From: Chiloscyllium plagiosum
Taxonomy: Eukaryota
Length of the DNA stretch: 64,000 nt
Direction of reading: 5' to 3'
NCBI RefSeq assembly: GCF_004010195.1
Contig: NC_057719.1
Location: 93,015,946-93,079,945 of the forward strand
The stretch's first letter is position 1. Each line of letters opens with the position of its first letter. The notes under the pieces were generated by a model, which made no database searches, had not been told where the DNA came from, and saw only the letters and a list, made by a program, of their open reading frames with translations. The translations under genes and the position numbers were made by a program. Of the stretch, positions 51,101 to 64,000 are shown one piece after another.

Positions 51101-54100
51101 TGCTTTGCATTCGCGACGAGGTGGGTCAGTGTTCACTTTTTTCACATGGGGACTTGGTGGGACTGTGTTCACAAATTTGTATTGGAGACTGTCTTCCATT
51201 GGAGAATAGGTGGGACAGTGTTCACTGTTTTGCAATGGGGACTCGGTGGGACAGTGTTCGCAAATTTGTTTTGGGGCTAGGTGGGAGAGTGTTTACTGTC
51301 TTCCATTGGAGACATTACTCACCGTTTTCAATTGGGGAGTAGCTGGGTCACCGTTCAATGTTCTGACTTGGCGACGAGGTGGGACAGTGTTTACTGTACT
51401 CCATTGTGGACTTGGTGGGACTGTGTTCTCTGCTTTGCATTGTGGACTAGTTGGGAGACTGTTCACGGTTTGGCATTGAGGGCTAGGTGGGACAGCTTTT
51501 GCTGTTTCGCTTCGGAGACTAAGAGAGAGAGACAGTTTCCACTATTTTGCAATCCCGATGACGTGGTACAGTGTTCACTGTTTTGCACTGGGGAGTCGTT
51601 GAGGCAGTGTTCACAGTTTTGTAATCCGGGCAAGGTGGGAGAGTGTTCTCTGTTTTGCATTGGTGTATCGGTTGGACATTCTTCATTATTTTGCCTTGGG
51701 GACTGGGTGTTCAATGTTTAGCCTTGCTGAGTAGATGTGAGTGTTTAGTGTTTTCCATTGCGCACTAGGTGGGACAGTGTTCACTGTCTAGAATTTGGGT
51801 CTAGGTGGAACAGTGTCTAATGGTTTCCGTTAGAGACCAGGTGGTACAGTGTTAACTGTTTTGCACGGGAACTAGATGGACAGCTTTCACTATTTTCCAC
51901 TGTGGACTAAGTGGGACACTGTTCAATGGTTTGCTTTAGGATCGAGGTGGGACAGTGATTACTGTTTTCCATTGTGGACTTGGTGCGACAGAGCTCTCTC
52001 TTTTCCATTGGGGAAAATTCACCTTTCTGCATTGGGGACAAAATTCACCTTTCTGCATTGGGGACGAGGTGCGACAGTGTTTACTGTTTTCCATTGAGAA
52101 CTTGGTGAGACAGTGTTCACTGCTTTGCATTGTGGACTAGGTGGGGCAATGTTTACTGTTTTGCCTCGGGTACTGGGTGGGATATTGTTCACTATTTTGA
52201 TTTGGAGACTAGTTAGGACAGTGTTCATTGTTTTGCATTGTGTACTCGGTGGAATTGTGTTAGCTGTTTGGTGTTGAGGACTTGGAGGGGCATTGTTCAC
52301 TGATTTCCATTGGATAATAGGTATGACAATGTTCGATATTTTCCATTTGGGACTGGTTGCGGCATTGTTCACGTATTTCCTTGCGACTTGGTGAGACAAT
52401 GCTCACTGTTTTCTATTTGGAACCAGGTGGGAAAATTTAACTGTTTCGGTTTGGGGAGTAGGTGAGACACTGTTAACTATTTTGGATTTGCGACGAAGTG
52501 GTAAAGCGTTCATTGTTTTTCATTGAAGACTAGCTGGCACTTTGTTCACTGTTTTTCATTGGACAGTAGGTAGGACATTGTTCCCTGTTTTCGGTGGGAG
52601 CTAGGTGGGACAACGTTTACTGTTTTTCATTCGTGACATGTTGGGACAGGGTTCATTGTTTTTTCACTGGCGCCTGGCAGGCACAGTGTTCACTGTTTTC
52701 CATTGCAGACTACGTGGGGCAGTGTTCACTGTTTTCCATTGGTGACTCGTTGTGCCAGTATTCACTGTTTTCAAAGGGATGCTAGGTGGGGAAGTGTTCA
52801 ATGTTTTGTCTTGTAGACTAGATGGGACAGTGTTTAGTGTTTTCCAGTATAGCACTAGGTGTGACAGTGTTCACTGCTTTCCATTTGGGAGCAGGTGGGT
52901 CAAACGTTCAAAGTTTTCACTTGTGGATGCAGTGGGACTGTGTTTACTATTTTCACTTGTAGATTTGGTGGGACAGTGTTGTCTATTTTACATTAGGGAG
53001 TAGGTGGGACTGTGGTCATCTTTTTGCATTGGGGACTTTGTGAGACATCGTTCACTGCTTTGCAGTGTGGGCTACTTGGGACAGTGTTAATCATTTTGCA
53101 TTGCGGGCTACGTGGGACAGTTTTCATTGTTTTGCATTGTCGACTACGTGGGAAAACGTTTGCTCTTTTGCCTTGAGTATTGGGTGGGACAGTGTTAAAT
53201 ATTTTGCTTTGGGGACTAAATGGGACAGTGTTCATTGTTTTGCATTGGGTACTCGGTGGGACAGTGTTCACTATTTGTATTGGGAAATATGTGGGACAGT
53301 GTTCACTATTTTCCATTTGGGACCGGGTGTGATTGTGTTCATATTTTTCCTTGGGGACTATGTGAGATAATGTTCACTGTTTTCCACAGGCGACTTGGTG
53401 GAAAATTGTTCAGTGTTGTGCTAGGGTGGACAGTGTTCATTCTCTTCCACTGGGGACTAGGTAGGATAGTGTTCACTGTTTTGCACTGTTGTCTCGGTGG
53501 TGCAGTGTACTCAATATTCCATTCGAGTCTCAGTGGCACAGTGTTCTCTTTTGCACTGGGGACTGGGTAGAATAGTGTTCACTCTTTTGCACTGGAGATG
53601 AGGTGAGACATTGTTCGCTGTTTTGCATTCAATCTATATGGACCAAAGGACACTATTTCCCCTGGGCGCTGCGGGGGACAGTGTTCATTCTTTTCGGTTG
53701 GGGAGTAGCTGGGACTATTTTCATTGCTACCAATTGGGGACGAGGTGGGATAGTATTCACTATTTTCCATTGGAGACCAGGTGTGACCGTTTTCACTACT
53801 CTGCACGAGGGACTAGATGTGACAGTGTTCTCTGCTTTAACTTGGGGACTGAGTGAGACAGCGTTCACTGTTTTCCGTTGGCGACTCGGTGGCAAAGTGT
53901 TCACTGTTTTCCATTGGTGACGAGGTCTGACAGCTTGCACTGTTTTGTGACTGTGACTATGTGGGACAGTGTTAATTGCTTTCCATTGTGAAATATATGG
54001 GACACTGTTAATTTTGGTTCAATTGGAGAATACATGGGAAAGTGTTTACTACTTTCCATTGGGTCCGAGTTAGGGTGGTGTTCTGTGTTTCACCTTGAGC

Positions 54101-55774
54101 ACTAATTGCGACAGTTTTCACTGTTTTCCATTGAGTAATAGGTGGGAGAGTATTCACTATTTTGCATTGGGAATAGGTGGACAGTATTCACGGATTTACG
54201 TTGGGTGCTAGATGGAACTGTGATCCTTGGTGGGAAACTGTGTTACTAGCTGGGAAAGTGTTCACTGCATTCCATTGGGGACGAGGGGGAGCAGTGTTGA
54301 AAAGTTTGCATTGGGGACGAGATGAGTCAGTGTTCACTGTTTTGCATTGGAGTCCAGTTGGGACAATGCGGACTGTTTTGAATTAGAGTTCAGACGAGCA
54401 GTATGCAATCTTTTGCATTGAGGACTATGTTGGACAGTGTTCACTGTTTTCCTTTGGGAAATAGATTGGACGGTGTTCCCTGTTGTTCCTTGGGAACTAG
54501 GTTGGACAGTGTTCACTGTTTTCCATTGGGAACTGAGAGGCACAGAGTACACAGGTTTCCATTTTAGATTAAGTGGGACCGTATTCACTATTTTACATTG
54601 GGGTCTAGGTGGGATAGTGTTCACTGTTTTGTGTTGGTGTCCAGGTTAGACATTGTTCACTGTTTTGCAGTGGGAACTACGTGGAATAGTGTTCACTGTT
54701 TTCCATTGGGAATTAGATTGGAAAGTGTTCATTGTTTTGTATTGGGGAATAGGTGCGACAATGTTCATTGTTTTGCCTTAGGGACTAGGTGAGCCAGCTT
54801 CACTGTTTTGCACTGGAGATTAGGTAGGACAGTGTTCACTGTTTAGCCTTGGAAACAAAGTGGGGCAGTGTTACGGTATTCCAATGGGGACTACGTGGGA
54901 CAGTTTTCACTGTTAGTCTTGGAGACAAAGTGAGACATTGTTAATAGTTTGCACTGGGGACGAGTTGGGACAGTGTTCACAGTTTTGCACTGGGGACCAG
55001 CTGGGACAGTGCTTACTTTTGCAATGGGGACTAGGCGGGACAGTATTCATTAATTTTGACAGATTGCACTCTTTTGCCATGGCGATTATGTGGGACAGTG
55101 TTAATTGATTTGCATTGTAGACTAGTTAGAACAGTATTCACTGTTTTGTATTGGGGAATACATGGGACAGTGTTCTATAATTTCCTGTGGGGACTAGTTG
55201 GTGTTGAGTTCACTGTTTGACTTGGCCACTATATGAGACAGTGTTCACTGGTTTCCATTGAGTAATGGGGGGGGGGGGGGAGCAGTATTATGTATTTTGC
55301 ATTGGGAATAGGGGGAGAGTGTTCACTGTTTTGCATTGGTTACGAGACGTGACAGTGTTCGCTGTTTTGCCTTGTGGACTAGGTAGGAAATTGATCATTG
55401 TCTTCCATTGGGGAATAGGTGGGACAGTGTTCACAGTTTAGCATTGGGGAGTAGGGGGATATTGTTAACTGTTTTGTACTGGAGACTAGTTGGGACAGTG
55501 TTCACTGTATTGCATTCAGTACTAGGTTTCGACAGTGTTTTCCGTTGTGGTCTCGATGGGAACGAGCTTACACAATGTTTACTGTTGTGCATTCAGGACT
55601 AGGTGGAAGATTGCTCACTGTTTTGCTTGGGGGACTTTTGTCCATTGGGGATGAGGGGGACAGTGTTGAATATTTTACATTGGGGACTAGGTGGGTCAGA
55701 GTTCACTATTGTGCGTTGGAGTCGAGGTGGGACAATGCTGACTGTTTAGAATTACTTTCCAGTGTTCACTGTCC

Positions 55775-56106
55775 CAAAACGACATGACCCTTTTATTAGT
55801 ATCCTTACTCATAGATGAGGAAGGACTCCACTTCGAGTGGGACAATGCGTCCATCCAAGAACAAGCCAAACTGAGACACGCACAAGAATTGCTACAAGTA
55901 GGATATTCCAAACATATTGACTTGGACCCGATTTACAACCACTGAGAAAATCAAGGCACTAACATCACCATAGGAAATGACATCACCAACCCAAAGAAAA
56001 CCAAGCATATAAATAAAAAGCAGGAATCATCAGCAATGCTTTATCTGAAGGCTCACTGAAAATGCTATCGAGAATGGGGACGAGATGTCTGAAAATGAAA
56101 CTTCAG
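55775..56106 (+). mobile_element. 3' fragment of a different PLE lineage inserted in the satellite
   Basis: Translates LLVSLLIDEEGLHFEWDNASIQEQAKLRHAQELLQVGYSKHIDLDPIYNH*, resembling a PLE GIY-YIG C-terminus. Followed by a decayed core CTGAAAA-T-GCTATC-GAGAAT-GGGGAC-GAGA-TGTC near 56056-56089. Confidence 0.65.
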
Positions 56107-56321
56107 ACAGTGGGACTGTTTTCATTTTCTTCCATTGGGGACTACGTGGGGAGTGTTCACTGCTTCCCACTGGGGACTACGTTGGATAGTGTTAACTCTT
56201 TTCCATTTCGGAACAGATGGTTTAGTGTTCACTGTTTCCAATTGTGGACTAAATGGGACAGTATTCATTGTTTTCCATTGGTGACTAGGTGGGACAGTTA
56301 TCACTGTTTTGTGTTGATATT

Positions 56322-57510
56322 TTCGAGGGCTATTGCAGACAGCAACGCGATAGAGACTGGATACAGAGCTGGGCTGACGAATGGCAGATGGAGTTCAAGT
56401 GCAAAGTGATGCATTTTGGAAGGTCGAACTTAATGCTGAATATAGGACGAAAGACAGAATTATTGGCAGTGTGTAGTCACAGATGGATCACAGTTCAAGT
56501 GCATAGATCCCTCAGTGCTGCCACGCAAGTGGATGGGGTTGTTAAAAATCATTTGGTGTTTTGGCTTTCATTTAAGTGGGTGATCGAGTTTAAGAGCTGC
56601 GAGGTTTTTCTGCCGCTCTACAGGACCATGGTTACACCACACTTGGAATATTGTGTCCATTTCTGGTCTCCCTATTGTAGGAAAAATAAGTAGGCCTTGG
56701 AGATGGTGCAAAGAAGCTTTACTAGGTTACTGCCTGGACTGGAAGACTTGTCTTACGAAGAGTGGTTGACTGAGCTCAGCCTTTTCTCTCTGGAGACAAG
56801 GAGGAAGAGAGGTGAACTGATTAAGGTATACAAGGTAATGAGAGGCATGGGTAGAGTCAATAGCCAGAGACCTTTCCCCAGGACAGGATTAACTGGCATT
56901 AGGATTCATAGTTTAAAGATATTAGGAAGAAGGTATAGAGAGACGTCAGAGGTAGGTTCTTTACACAGGGAGTTGTGAATGCATGGAATGTGTTGCCAGC
57001 GCTAATGGTGGAAGCATAGTCATTCGGGACATTCAAGCGACTGCTTTACATGCACATGGACAGCAGTGAATTAGAGGTACTAAGGTTTGGTTAGATTATT
57101 TTATTTTAGATTAGAAATAATCATTGACACAACATCGTTGTGGGCAGCACGGTGGCACAGTGGTTAGCACTGCTGCCTCACAGCACCAGAGACCCAGGTT
57201 CAATTCAGGCCTCAGGCGACTGACTGTGTGGAGTTTGCACATTCTCCCCGTGTCTGCGTGGGTTTTCTCCGGGTGCTCCGGTTTCCTCCCACAGTCCAAA
57301 GATGTGCAGGTCAGATGAATTGGCCATACTAAATTGCCCATAGTGTAAGGTAAGGGGTAAATGTAGGGGTATGGGTGGGTTGCGCTTCGACGGGTCGGTG
57401 TGGACTTGTTGGGCCGAAGGGCCTGTTTCCACACTGTAAGTAATCCAATCTAATCTAATCGTTGGCCAAAGGACCTGTGCTGTGCTGTACTTTACTACGT
57501 TCTATGTTCA
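56322..57510 (+). mobile_element. CR1/HER1-like LINE 3' fragment inserted in the satellite
   Basis: ORFs contain WADEWQMEFKCKVMHFGRSN, PHLEYCVHFWSPY and VQRSFTRLLPGLEDLSYEE. Tail tctatgttc at ~57500. Confidence 0.9.
57142..57460 (+). mobile_element. Full-length HE1-type tRNA SINE nested in the LINE 3' UTR
   Basis: A box TGGCACAGTGG (57153-57163), B box GGTTCAATTC (57197-57206), (taatc)n tail. atcgttg is duplicated at 57134-57140 and 57458-57464. Confidence 0.9.
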
Positions 57511-60500
57511 AACTATGTGAGACCTTGTTCACTGTTTTCCATTGGGAACTAAGCAGGACAGTGTTAGGTATTTTCGTTTGGAGGTCAATTTGGATAGTGT
57601 TCACTGTTTTGTACTGGGGACTAGTTGGGACTTTATTCACTGTTTTGCATTATGGACTGTGTGGGACTGTTCTTACTATTTTGCATTTTGGTTAGAGAGT
57701 GTTCACTATTTTGCACTGGGGACTAGTTAGGACAGTGTTCACTTTTTTTGTTGGGGACTGGATAGGAGAGTGTTCACTATTTTCCACTTGGGACTCGGTG
57801 GAGCGGTCTTCCGTCTTTCCCATTGTGGATTAAGTGGGACAATATTCACTGTTTTGCATTGGGGACTGCGAAGAACAGTGTTCACTCTTTTGCATTGGGG
57901 TCTATATGCGACATTGTTCACTCTTTGGCCTTGGAGGCCAAGGTAGACAGAGTTAAATGTTTTGCTTTGGGAATGAGGTGGAAGAGTGTTCACCCTTTTG
58001 CCTTGGGGTCATGGTGGGACAGTGTTCACCGTTTTCAAATGGGGAATACGTGGGCAGTGTTCACTGTTTTCTATTGGGGACTGGATGGGACAATGTTCAT
58101 TGTTTTCAACTGGGAACAAAGTGGGATAGTGTTCACTATTTTCCATTGGGGTCTAGGTCGTACAGATTTCGCTGTTTTACGTTGGGGACTATGTGGGACG
58201 TGTTCACTCTTTTCGATTGGGGACTGGTTGGGACAGTGTTCATTGTTTTCGACTGTGAACAAATTCGGACAGTGTTCACTATTTTCCATTGGAGTCTAGG
58301 TCGGACAAATTTCACTGTTTTACGTTGGCGACTATGTGGGATATTGTTCACTGGTTTCCATTGAAGAGCATGTTATACAGTGTTCACTAATCTACACTGG
58401 GAACTAGATGGGACAGTGTTCTCTGCGCACTCTTGGCGACTGTGTGAGACAATGTTCAGTGTTTTGCATTGGAGACGAGATGGGAAAGAGTTCACTGCTT
58501 TCCATTGGGACAAGGTGGGACAGGGTCCACGGTTTTTTCATTGGCGACTAGGTTGGGGAGTGTTCACTGTTTTGCATTCCGGTCGATGTATAACAATATT
58601 CACTGCTTTGCATTGTTCACTGGGTGGGAGAGTGCTCATCGTATTCCATTGGGGACTAGGTTCGACAGTGTTCACCCTTTTGCATTGGGGACTAGGTGGG
58701 AACGTATTCACTGTTTTGCCCTGTGGACTAAATGGGATCGTGTCACCATTTTCCATTTCAGTCTAAGTGGGACAGTGCCAACTGTTTTGCACTGGGGACT
58801 GGATGGGACATTTTTAAATATTTTTCATTGGCAACTAGCTGAGACAGTGTTTGAGGTTTTCAGTGCGGATCAAGTGGGCCAGTATTCATTGTTTTCCATT
58901 GTGGAGCAGGTGGGATAGTGTTAACTGTTTTGCATTGGAAACTAGGTGGGACTTTGTTCACTATTTTTCCTTGTTGACTGGGTGGGGCAGTGCTCACGGT
59001 TTTGCATTGCAAACGAGGTAGGACAATGTTCACTGTTTTCCATTGTGGACTGGGGTAGGGCAGTATTCACTCTTTTGCATTGGTGACTAGGTGGGACAGT
59101 GTTCACTGTTTTGCCTTGTGGTTCAGGTGAGATATTGTTCACTGTTTTGCATTGTGTATGAGGTAGAACAGTGTTCGCTGTTTTGCTTTGAGGAACAGGT
59201 GGACCAATGTTCACTGTTTTGCTTTTAGTCTACAAGGGACACTGTCCATAGTTTTGCGCTGGGGACTACGTTGGACAGCGTTTACTGTTATGCCTTGGGC
59301 ACTACGTAGGACACTTTTCACTCTTTTCCATTTGGGACCAGCTGGGACAGTGTTCATTGTTTTCAACTGGGGACATGGCGTGACAGTGTTCACTGATTTA
59401 CGTTGGGAACTTTGTGGGACATTGTTCACTGCTTTCCAATTGGGACTAGGTGGGACAGTGTTCACTGTTTTGCATTTTGGGACTCGGTGGCATTTCACTA
59501 TTTAGCATTGGGGACAGTGTGTGAAAGTTTTCATTTTTTGGGGAGGTTGTCTCAGTTCGATAGTGTTCATTGTTTTCCTTTGGAGACTAGTTCAAACCGT
59601 ATTCAACGTTTTCCATTGGGGACGAAGTTGTGACAGTTTTTGCACTTTTGCATCGGTTACAGGGTGGAAACGTTTTCACTGTTTCCATTGGCCACCAGGT
59701 CGGGCAGCGATCATTCTTTTTCATTGGAGACTATGTTTACAGTATTGACAATTGTCCATGGTGAGTGAGTGGGACAGTGTTCACTTTTTTGCATTACGGA
59801 CTAGGTAGGACAGTGGTCACTGTTTTCTTTTGGGCACGAGATGGGACAGTGTTCAGTGTTTTCAACTGGGGTCTAGGTGGTTCAATGTTCAATATTTTCC
59901 ATTGGAGACCATTGTTCAATGTTCTATACTGGGGACTCGGTGGAACTTTTGTTCAATGTTTTGCATTGTGTACCAGGTGGGACAGTGCTCATTGCATATG
60001 GGACAAAATGAGACAGTGTACAATATTTTGCACTGGGCAATGGATTCGACAATGTTCACTGTTTTGTATTCTGGGCTAGGTAGTTCATTGTTTTCCATTG
60101 GAGTTTAGGTGGAATCTTTGTGACGGGGTGGTGTGGTGCTCACTATTCTGCATTGGGAACTCGGTGGGACAATGTTCAGTCTTTTGCCTTGTGGACTAGT
60201 TGGCACAGTGTTCATTGTATTCCATTGAGGTCTTTGGGACAGTATTCTCTGCATTCCCATTGGGACTAAGTGGGCAGTTCTCCCTGTTTTCCATTGAGGG
60301 CTATTGGTTCCACTGGTCTTTAGGTTGGACAGTGTTCACTGTTTTCAATTTGGTACTAGGTGGGACAGTTTTCACAGTTATACTCTGGGGACTAGGTGGG
60401 GCAGTGTTCACTGCTGTCCATGGGGGACTAGTTGTCACAATGTTAAATATTTTCCATTGGAGACCAGATGGGACATTGCTCACTGTTCTGTACTGGGGAC

Positions 60501-62026
60501 TCGGTGGGAGTTTTGTTCAATATTTTGCACTGTGTACCATATGGGACAGTGCTCACTGTTTTGCATTTTGGACAAGACACGACAGTGTTCATTATTTTGC
60601 ACTGGGGTCTGGATGGGAAAATGTTCACTGTTTTCTATTGGGGATTGGGTAGAATCGTGTTTACGCTTTTGCGTTGGTGACAAGGTGGGACGGTATTCAC
60701 TGTTTTGTGTTTGATCTGTTTCTGGCAGTGTTCAGTGTTTTGCATTGGTAACTAGGTGGGACAATGTTCACACTTTTGCGTTGGGGACTAGGTGGGACAG
60801 TGTTCACTGCATTCCATTGTGGTTTTGGTGGGCAGTGTTCACTGCATTCCAATTGGGACGAAGTGGGCAGTGTTCCCTGTTTTCCATTGGGGCTCTGTGG
60901 AACATTGTTCACTCTTTTCCACTGGGGACTAGGTAGGACAGTGTTTACTGTTTTCAATTTGTTACTAGATGGGACAGTTTTCAATAATTTCCATTGGAAA
61001 CCACGTGGGACATTGTTTACTGTTCTGTACTGGGGACTCGGTGGGAGTTTTGTTCAATGTTTTCCATTGTGTACCATGTGGAACAGTGCTCACTGCTTTA
61101 CATTCCGGTCTCGGTGTGATAATGTTCATTAACTTGCACTGTGGACTAGATGGGACTATGAGCACTGTTTTTGTTGGTGGCTAGGTGGGACAGTATTCAC
61201 TGTTTTCCATTGGGGGCTACGTGGGACATTGTTCACTTTTTCCCTGATGGCACTAGATGGAACAGTGTTCACTGTTTTCACTTGGGTATGAGATCGTGCA
61301 GTTTTCACTGTTTTGCATTGGGGGCAATGTGGGACAGCGTTCTCTATTTTCCATTTGAGATCAGGTAGTATTGTGTTCACTGTTTTGCATTAAGGTCCAG
61401 GTGGGACAGTTTTCAGTATTTTGCATTGGGAATTATGTGGGATATTGTTCACTGTTTTAAATTTTTCTAGGTAGATTGCTGTTCACTCTTTTCCACTGGG
61501 GACTACATAGGACTGTGTTGACTGTTTTCAATTGGGTACTAGGTGGGAAGTTTTCACTGTTTTGCATTGGGGACTATGTGGGACAGTGTTCACTGTTTTC
61601 AACTGAGTACTAGGTGGGACAGTTTTTCACTGTTGTGCATTGGGGGCTATGTGGGGCAGTGTTCACTCTTTTCCATTGAAGATCAGATGGGATGGTGCAC
61701 ACTGTTTTCCATTTGTGAGAAGGTGGGACAGGGTTCATTCTATTCCATTAGAGACCAGGTGGGATACTGTCATAGTTGACCCGAATGCAAAACGGTGAAC
61801 TCTGCCCAACTTGGTCGCCAATAGAAAACAATGAACGCTGTCCCACCTAGTCGCCAATGGAAACATTTTGTTCAAAGTTTTGCATTGTGTACCATGTGGG
61901 ACAGTGCTCACTGTTTTTCATTGGGTACTACGTTAGGCAGTGTTCACTATTTTCGATTGTGGACGAGCTGGGAAAGTGTTCACAGTTTTACCTTGGGTTG
62001 TAGGTGAGTCAGTGCTCACTGTTTTC

Positions 62027-62160
62027 GGTTATAGTCCAATAGGTTTAATTGGAAGCACTAGTTTTCAGAACGTTGCTCATTCATCAGCTGGTTGTGATGG
62101 ATGTTGTGTGGTTCTTATGTTTTTGTACACCCCAGTCCAACACCATCCCCTCCAATCCTC
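62027..62160. mobile_element. Short PLE-tail insertion with hammerhead core on the - strand
   Basis: - strand CTGATGA (62087-62081)-A-TGAGC-AAC-GTTCT-GAAA-AC-TA-GTGCTTCCAATTAAACC. The right part matches 15028-15080 in + orientation. Confidence 0.72.
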
Positions 62161-64000
62161 ACGGTATTCTCTAACTGTGGCAGTGTTCACTGTTTTGCAC
62201 TGGTGAGTGGGGAATGAGCACTGTTCACAATTTATGATGGGTGACTTGTTGGGGGGTGCACTATTCACTGTTTTGCGTTAGGGACTAGGTTAGAAATATT
62301 CACTGTTTTGCATTGGAGTCTAGGTGGGACAGTTTTTACTGTTTAGCATTCGTGACGAGGTGCGACGGTTTTCATTTTTTCTTTGCATTGGGGACTCGAT
62401 TCCGCAGTGTTCACTGTTTTCCTGTTGGGATAAAATGTGTCATTGTTCACTTTTTTTCCCATTGGAGGCCAGCTGCTTTAGTGTTAACTGTTTTTCACTG
62501 AGGTGTAGGTGGTACAGTTTTCTCTCGTTTTTGTTAGGAACTATGTGGGGCATTGTTTGCTGTTTTTCTTTGGTAATTATGTGGAACATTGATCACTCTT
62601 TTCCTTTGGAGACCAGCTGGGACGTTGTTCAGTATTTTGCACTTGGGACTTGATGGGGCTTTGTTCAATGTTTTGCCTTGTGTACTATTTGGGACAGTAT
62701 TCATTGTTTTGCATTGCCGACAATTTGGGACAGTGTTAAATATTTTGCACTGGGGACTGGATGGGACAGTGTTCACTGTTTTCTACTATAGACTAGGTTG
62801 GACAGTTTTCAGTGTTCTGCTTTGAGGATGAGCTGGGAAATTGTTCACTGTTTCGCATTGTACATCTTTGGGACAGTGTTCGCTGCTTTCCATTGGGGAT
62901 TAGGTGGAATAATCTTCATGCTTTAGCCTTGGGAATGAGGTGGGCCAGAGTTCATTGTTTTGCATTTGGTCACTTTGTGACAGATTTCACTGTTTTGCAT
63001 TGGGAACTAGTTGGGAAAATGTTCACTCTTTTGCCTTATAGACTGGTGGGACAGTGTTCATTGTATTCCACTGGGGACTAGGTGGGCAATATTCACTGAT
63101 TTTAACTGGGGACTGAGCGGGACATTGTTCACTCTTTTCCAATGGTGATTAGATGGGACAGTGTTCACTGTTTTCAGTTGGCTACTAGGTGGACAGTTTT
63201 CACTGTTTTACATTGTGGAATAGGTGAGAAAATACTCACTGCTTTGCATTGCGGACGAGGTGGGATAATGTTCATGTTTTTCACTGGGGAATGGGTGTTT
63301 TTATTGGAACTGTGTGGCACATTGTTCACCATTTTCCAGTGGGGACGATTTGAGAGAGTGTTCACTGTTTTACCTTTGGCACTACGTGAGTCAGTATTCA
63401 CTGTCCTCCAATGGGCCCTAGGTGGGACAGTGTTCGCTGATATGCATTGGGAAATTGGTGGTACAGCATTCACTGTTTTGCATTGGAATCTAGGTTCGAC
63501 AGTGTTCACTGTTTATTTTTGTGGACTGGTGGGACAGTGTTCATTGTGGGAAATGTTCACTGTTTTGCAATGGAGTCTAGGTGGGACAGTTTTCACTGTT
63601 TAGCGTTGTGAACTAGATGCGACTGTTTTCGTTTTTATTTACGCTTAGGGCTCTGTTCCGCAGTGTTCAATCTTTTCCTTTGTTGAATAATTGGGAACAC
63701 GTTAACTGTTTTCCTACGGGGACGAGGTTGCAACAAGATTCACTGTTTTGCACTGGGGACTAGGTGGGACAATGTTCACTCTTTTGTCTTGTAGACTGGT
63801 GGGACAGTGTTCATTGTATTCCACTGGGGACTAGGTGGGCAATGTTCACTGTTTTTCACTGGGGACTGCGTGGGACATTGTTCACTCTTTTCCAATGGTG
63901 ATTAGATGGGACAGTGTTCACTGTTTTCAATTGGGCACTAGGTGGACATTTTTACTCTTTTACATTGTGGAATAGGTGAGAAAGTACTCACTGCTTTACC

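Larger units (their letters stand above)
34850..64000. repeat. 36-bp tandem satellite, ~29 kb, consensus CATTGGGGACTAGGTGGGACAGTGTTCACTGTTTT(G/C), runs off the window
   Basis: Period 36 (CATTG at 39010 and 39046). Internal dyad ACAGTG-TT-CACTGT. G/T-rich + strand. Accounts for the 12-aa periodic ORFs in all frames. Confidence 0.96.

Noticed and set aside
57142..57215. tRNA gene
   Set aside because: The A and B boxes belong to a SINE head followed by the SINE body and tail, with several related copies in the window.
35142..63603. Protein-coding genes from the many 60-200 aa ORFs (WGLGGTVFTVLH, GTRWDSVHCFAL, QWKTVNTVPPSP repeats)
   Set aside because: A 36-bp unit gives 12-aa periodicity in every frame. 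The ORFs overlap on both strands and break at frequent indels and stops.
49590..63950. CTCF site array (variants such as gcactaggtgg)
   Set aside because: The consensus GGACTAGGTGGGA lacks the key CC and the C of GGC. Only scattered variants approach the motif.
34850..64000. CRISPR array (36-bp repeat with an internal hairpin)
   Set aside because: Units are head-to-tail with no unique spacers, they are highly diverged, there are no cas genes, and the context is vertebrate.
34850..64000. V(D)J recombination signal array (GACAGTG and CACTGT resemble the heptamer)
   Set aside because: The consensus has no CACAGTG heptamer, no ACAAAAACC-like nonamer at 12 or 23 bp, and no V, D or J segments are present.

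Overview
Eukaryotic genomic DNA, most likely from a cartilaginous fish (shark). This is inferred from HE1-type tRNA SINEs, CR1/HER1-type LINEs and a GPR139/GPR142-like receptor of the type expanded in sharks. The only host gene is a two-exon class A GPCR on the - strand: exon 1 at 24510-24336, a 16.2-kb phase-1 intron, and exon 2 at 8125-7188. It has one in-frame TAA in TM6, so it is a probable young pseudogene or null allele. The rest is repeats. These are a 28-bp satellite (~530-3170), a ~29-kb 36-bp palindrome-containing satellite (34850 to the window end, the source of nearly all short ORFs there), decayed CR1 LINEs, HE1 SINEs, LTR remnants and several Penelope-like element (PLE) fragments. 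The most interesting layer is RNA-structural. About ten hammerhead-ribozyme-like cores (CTGANGA-N-stem-GAAA) lie at PLE 3' ends and in short fold-back, TSD-flanked elements derived from them. Small inversions in the 36-bp satellite break at its internal dyad. Repeat boundaries are approximate and read by eye; no database search or folding was run.
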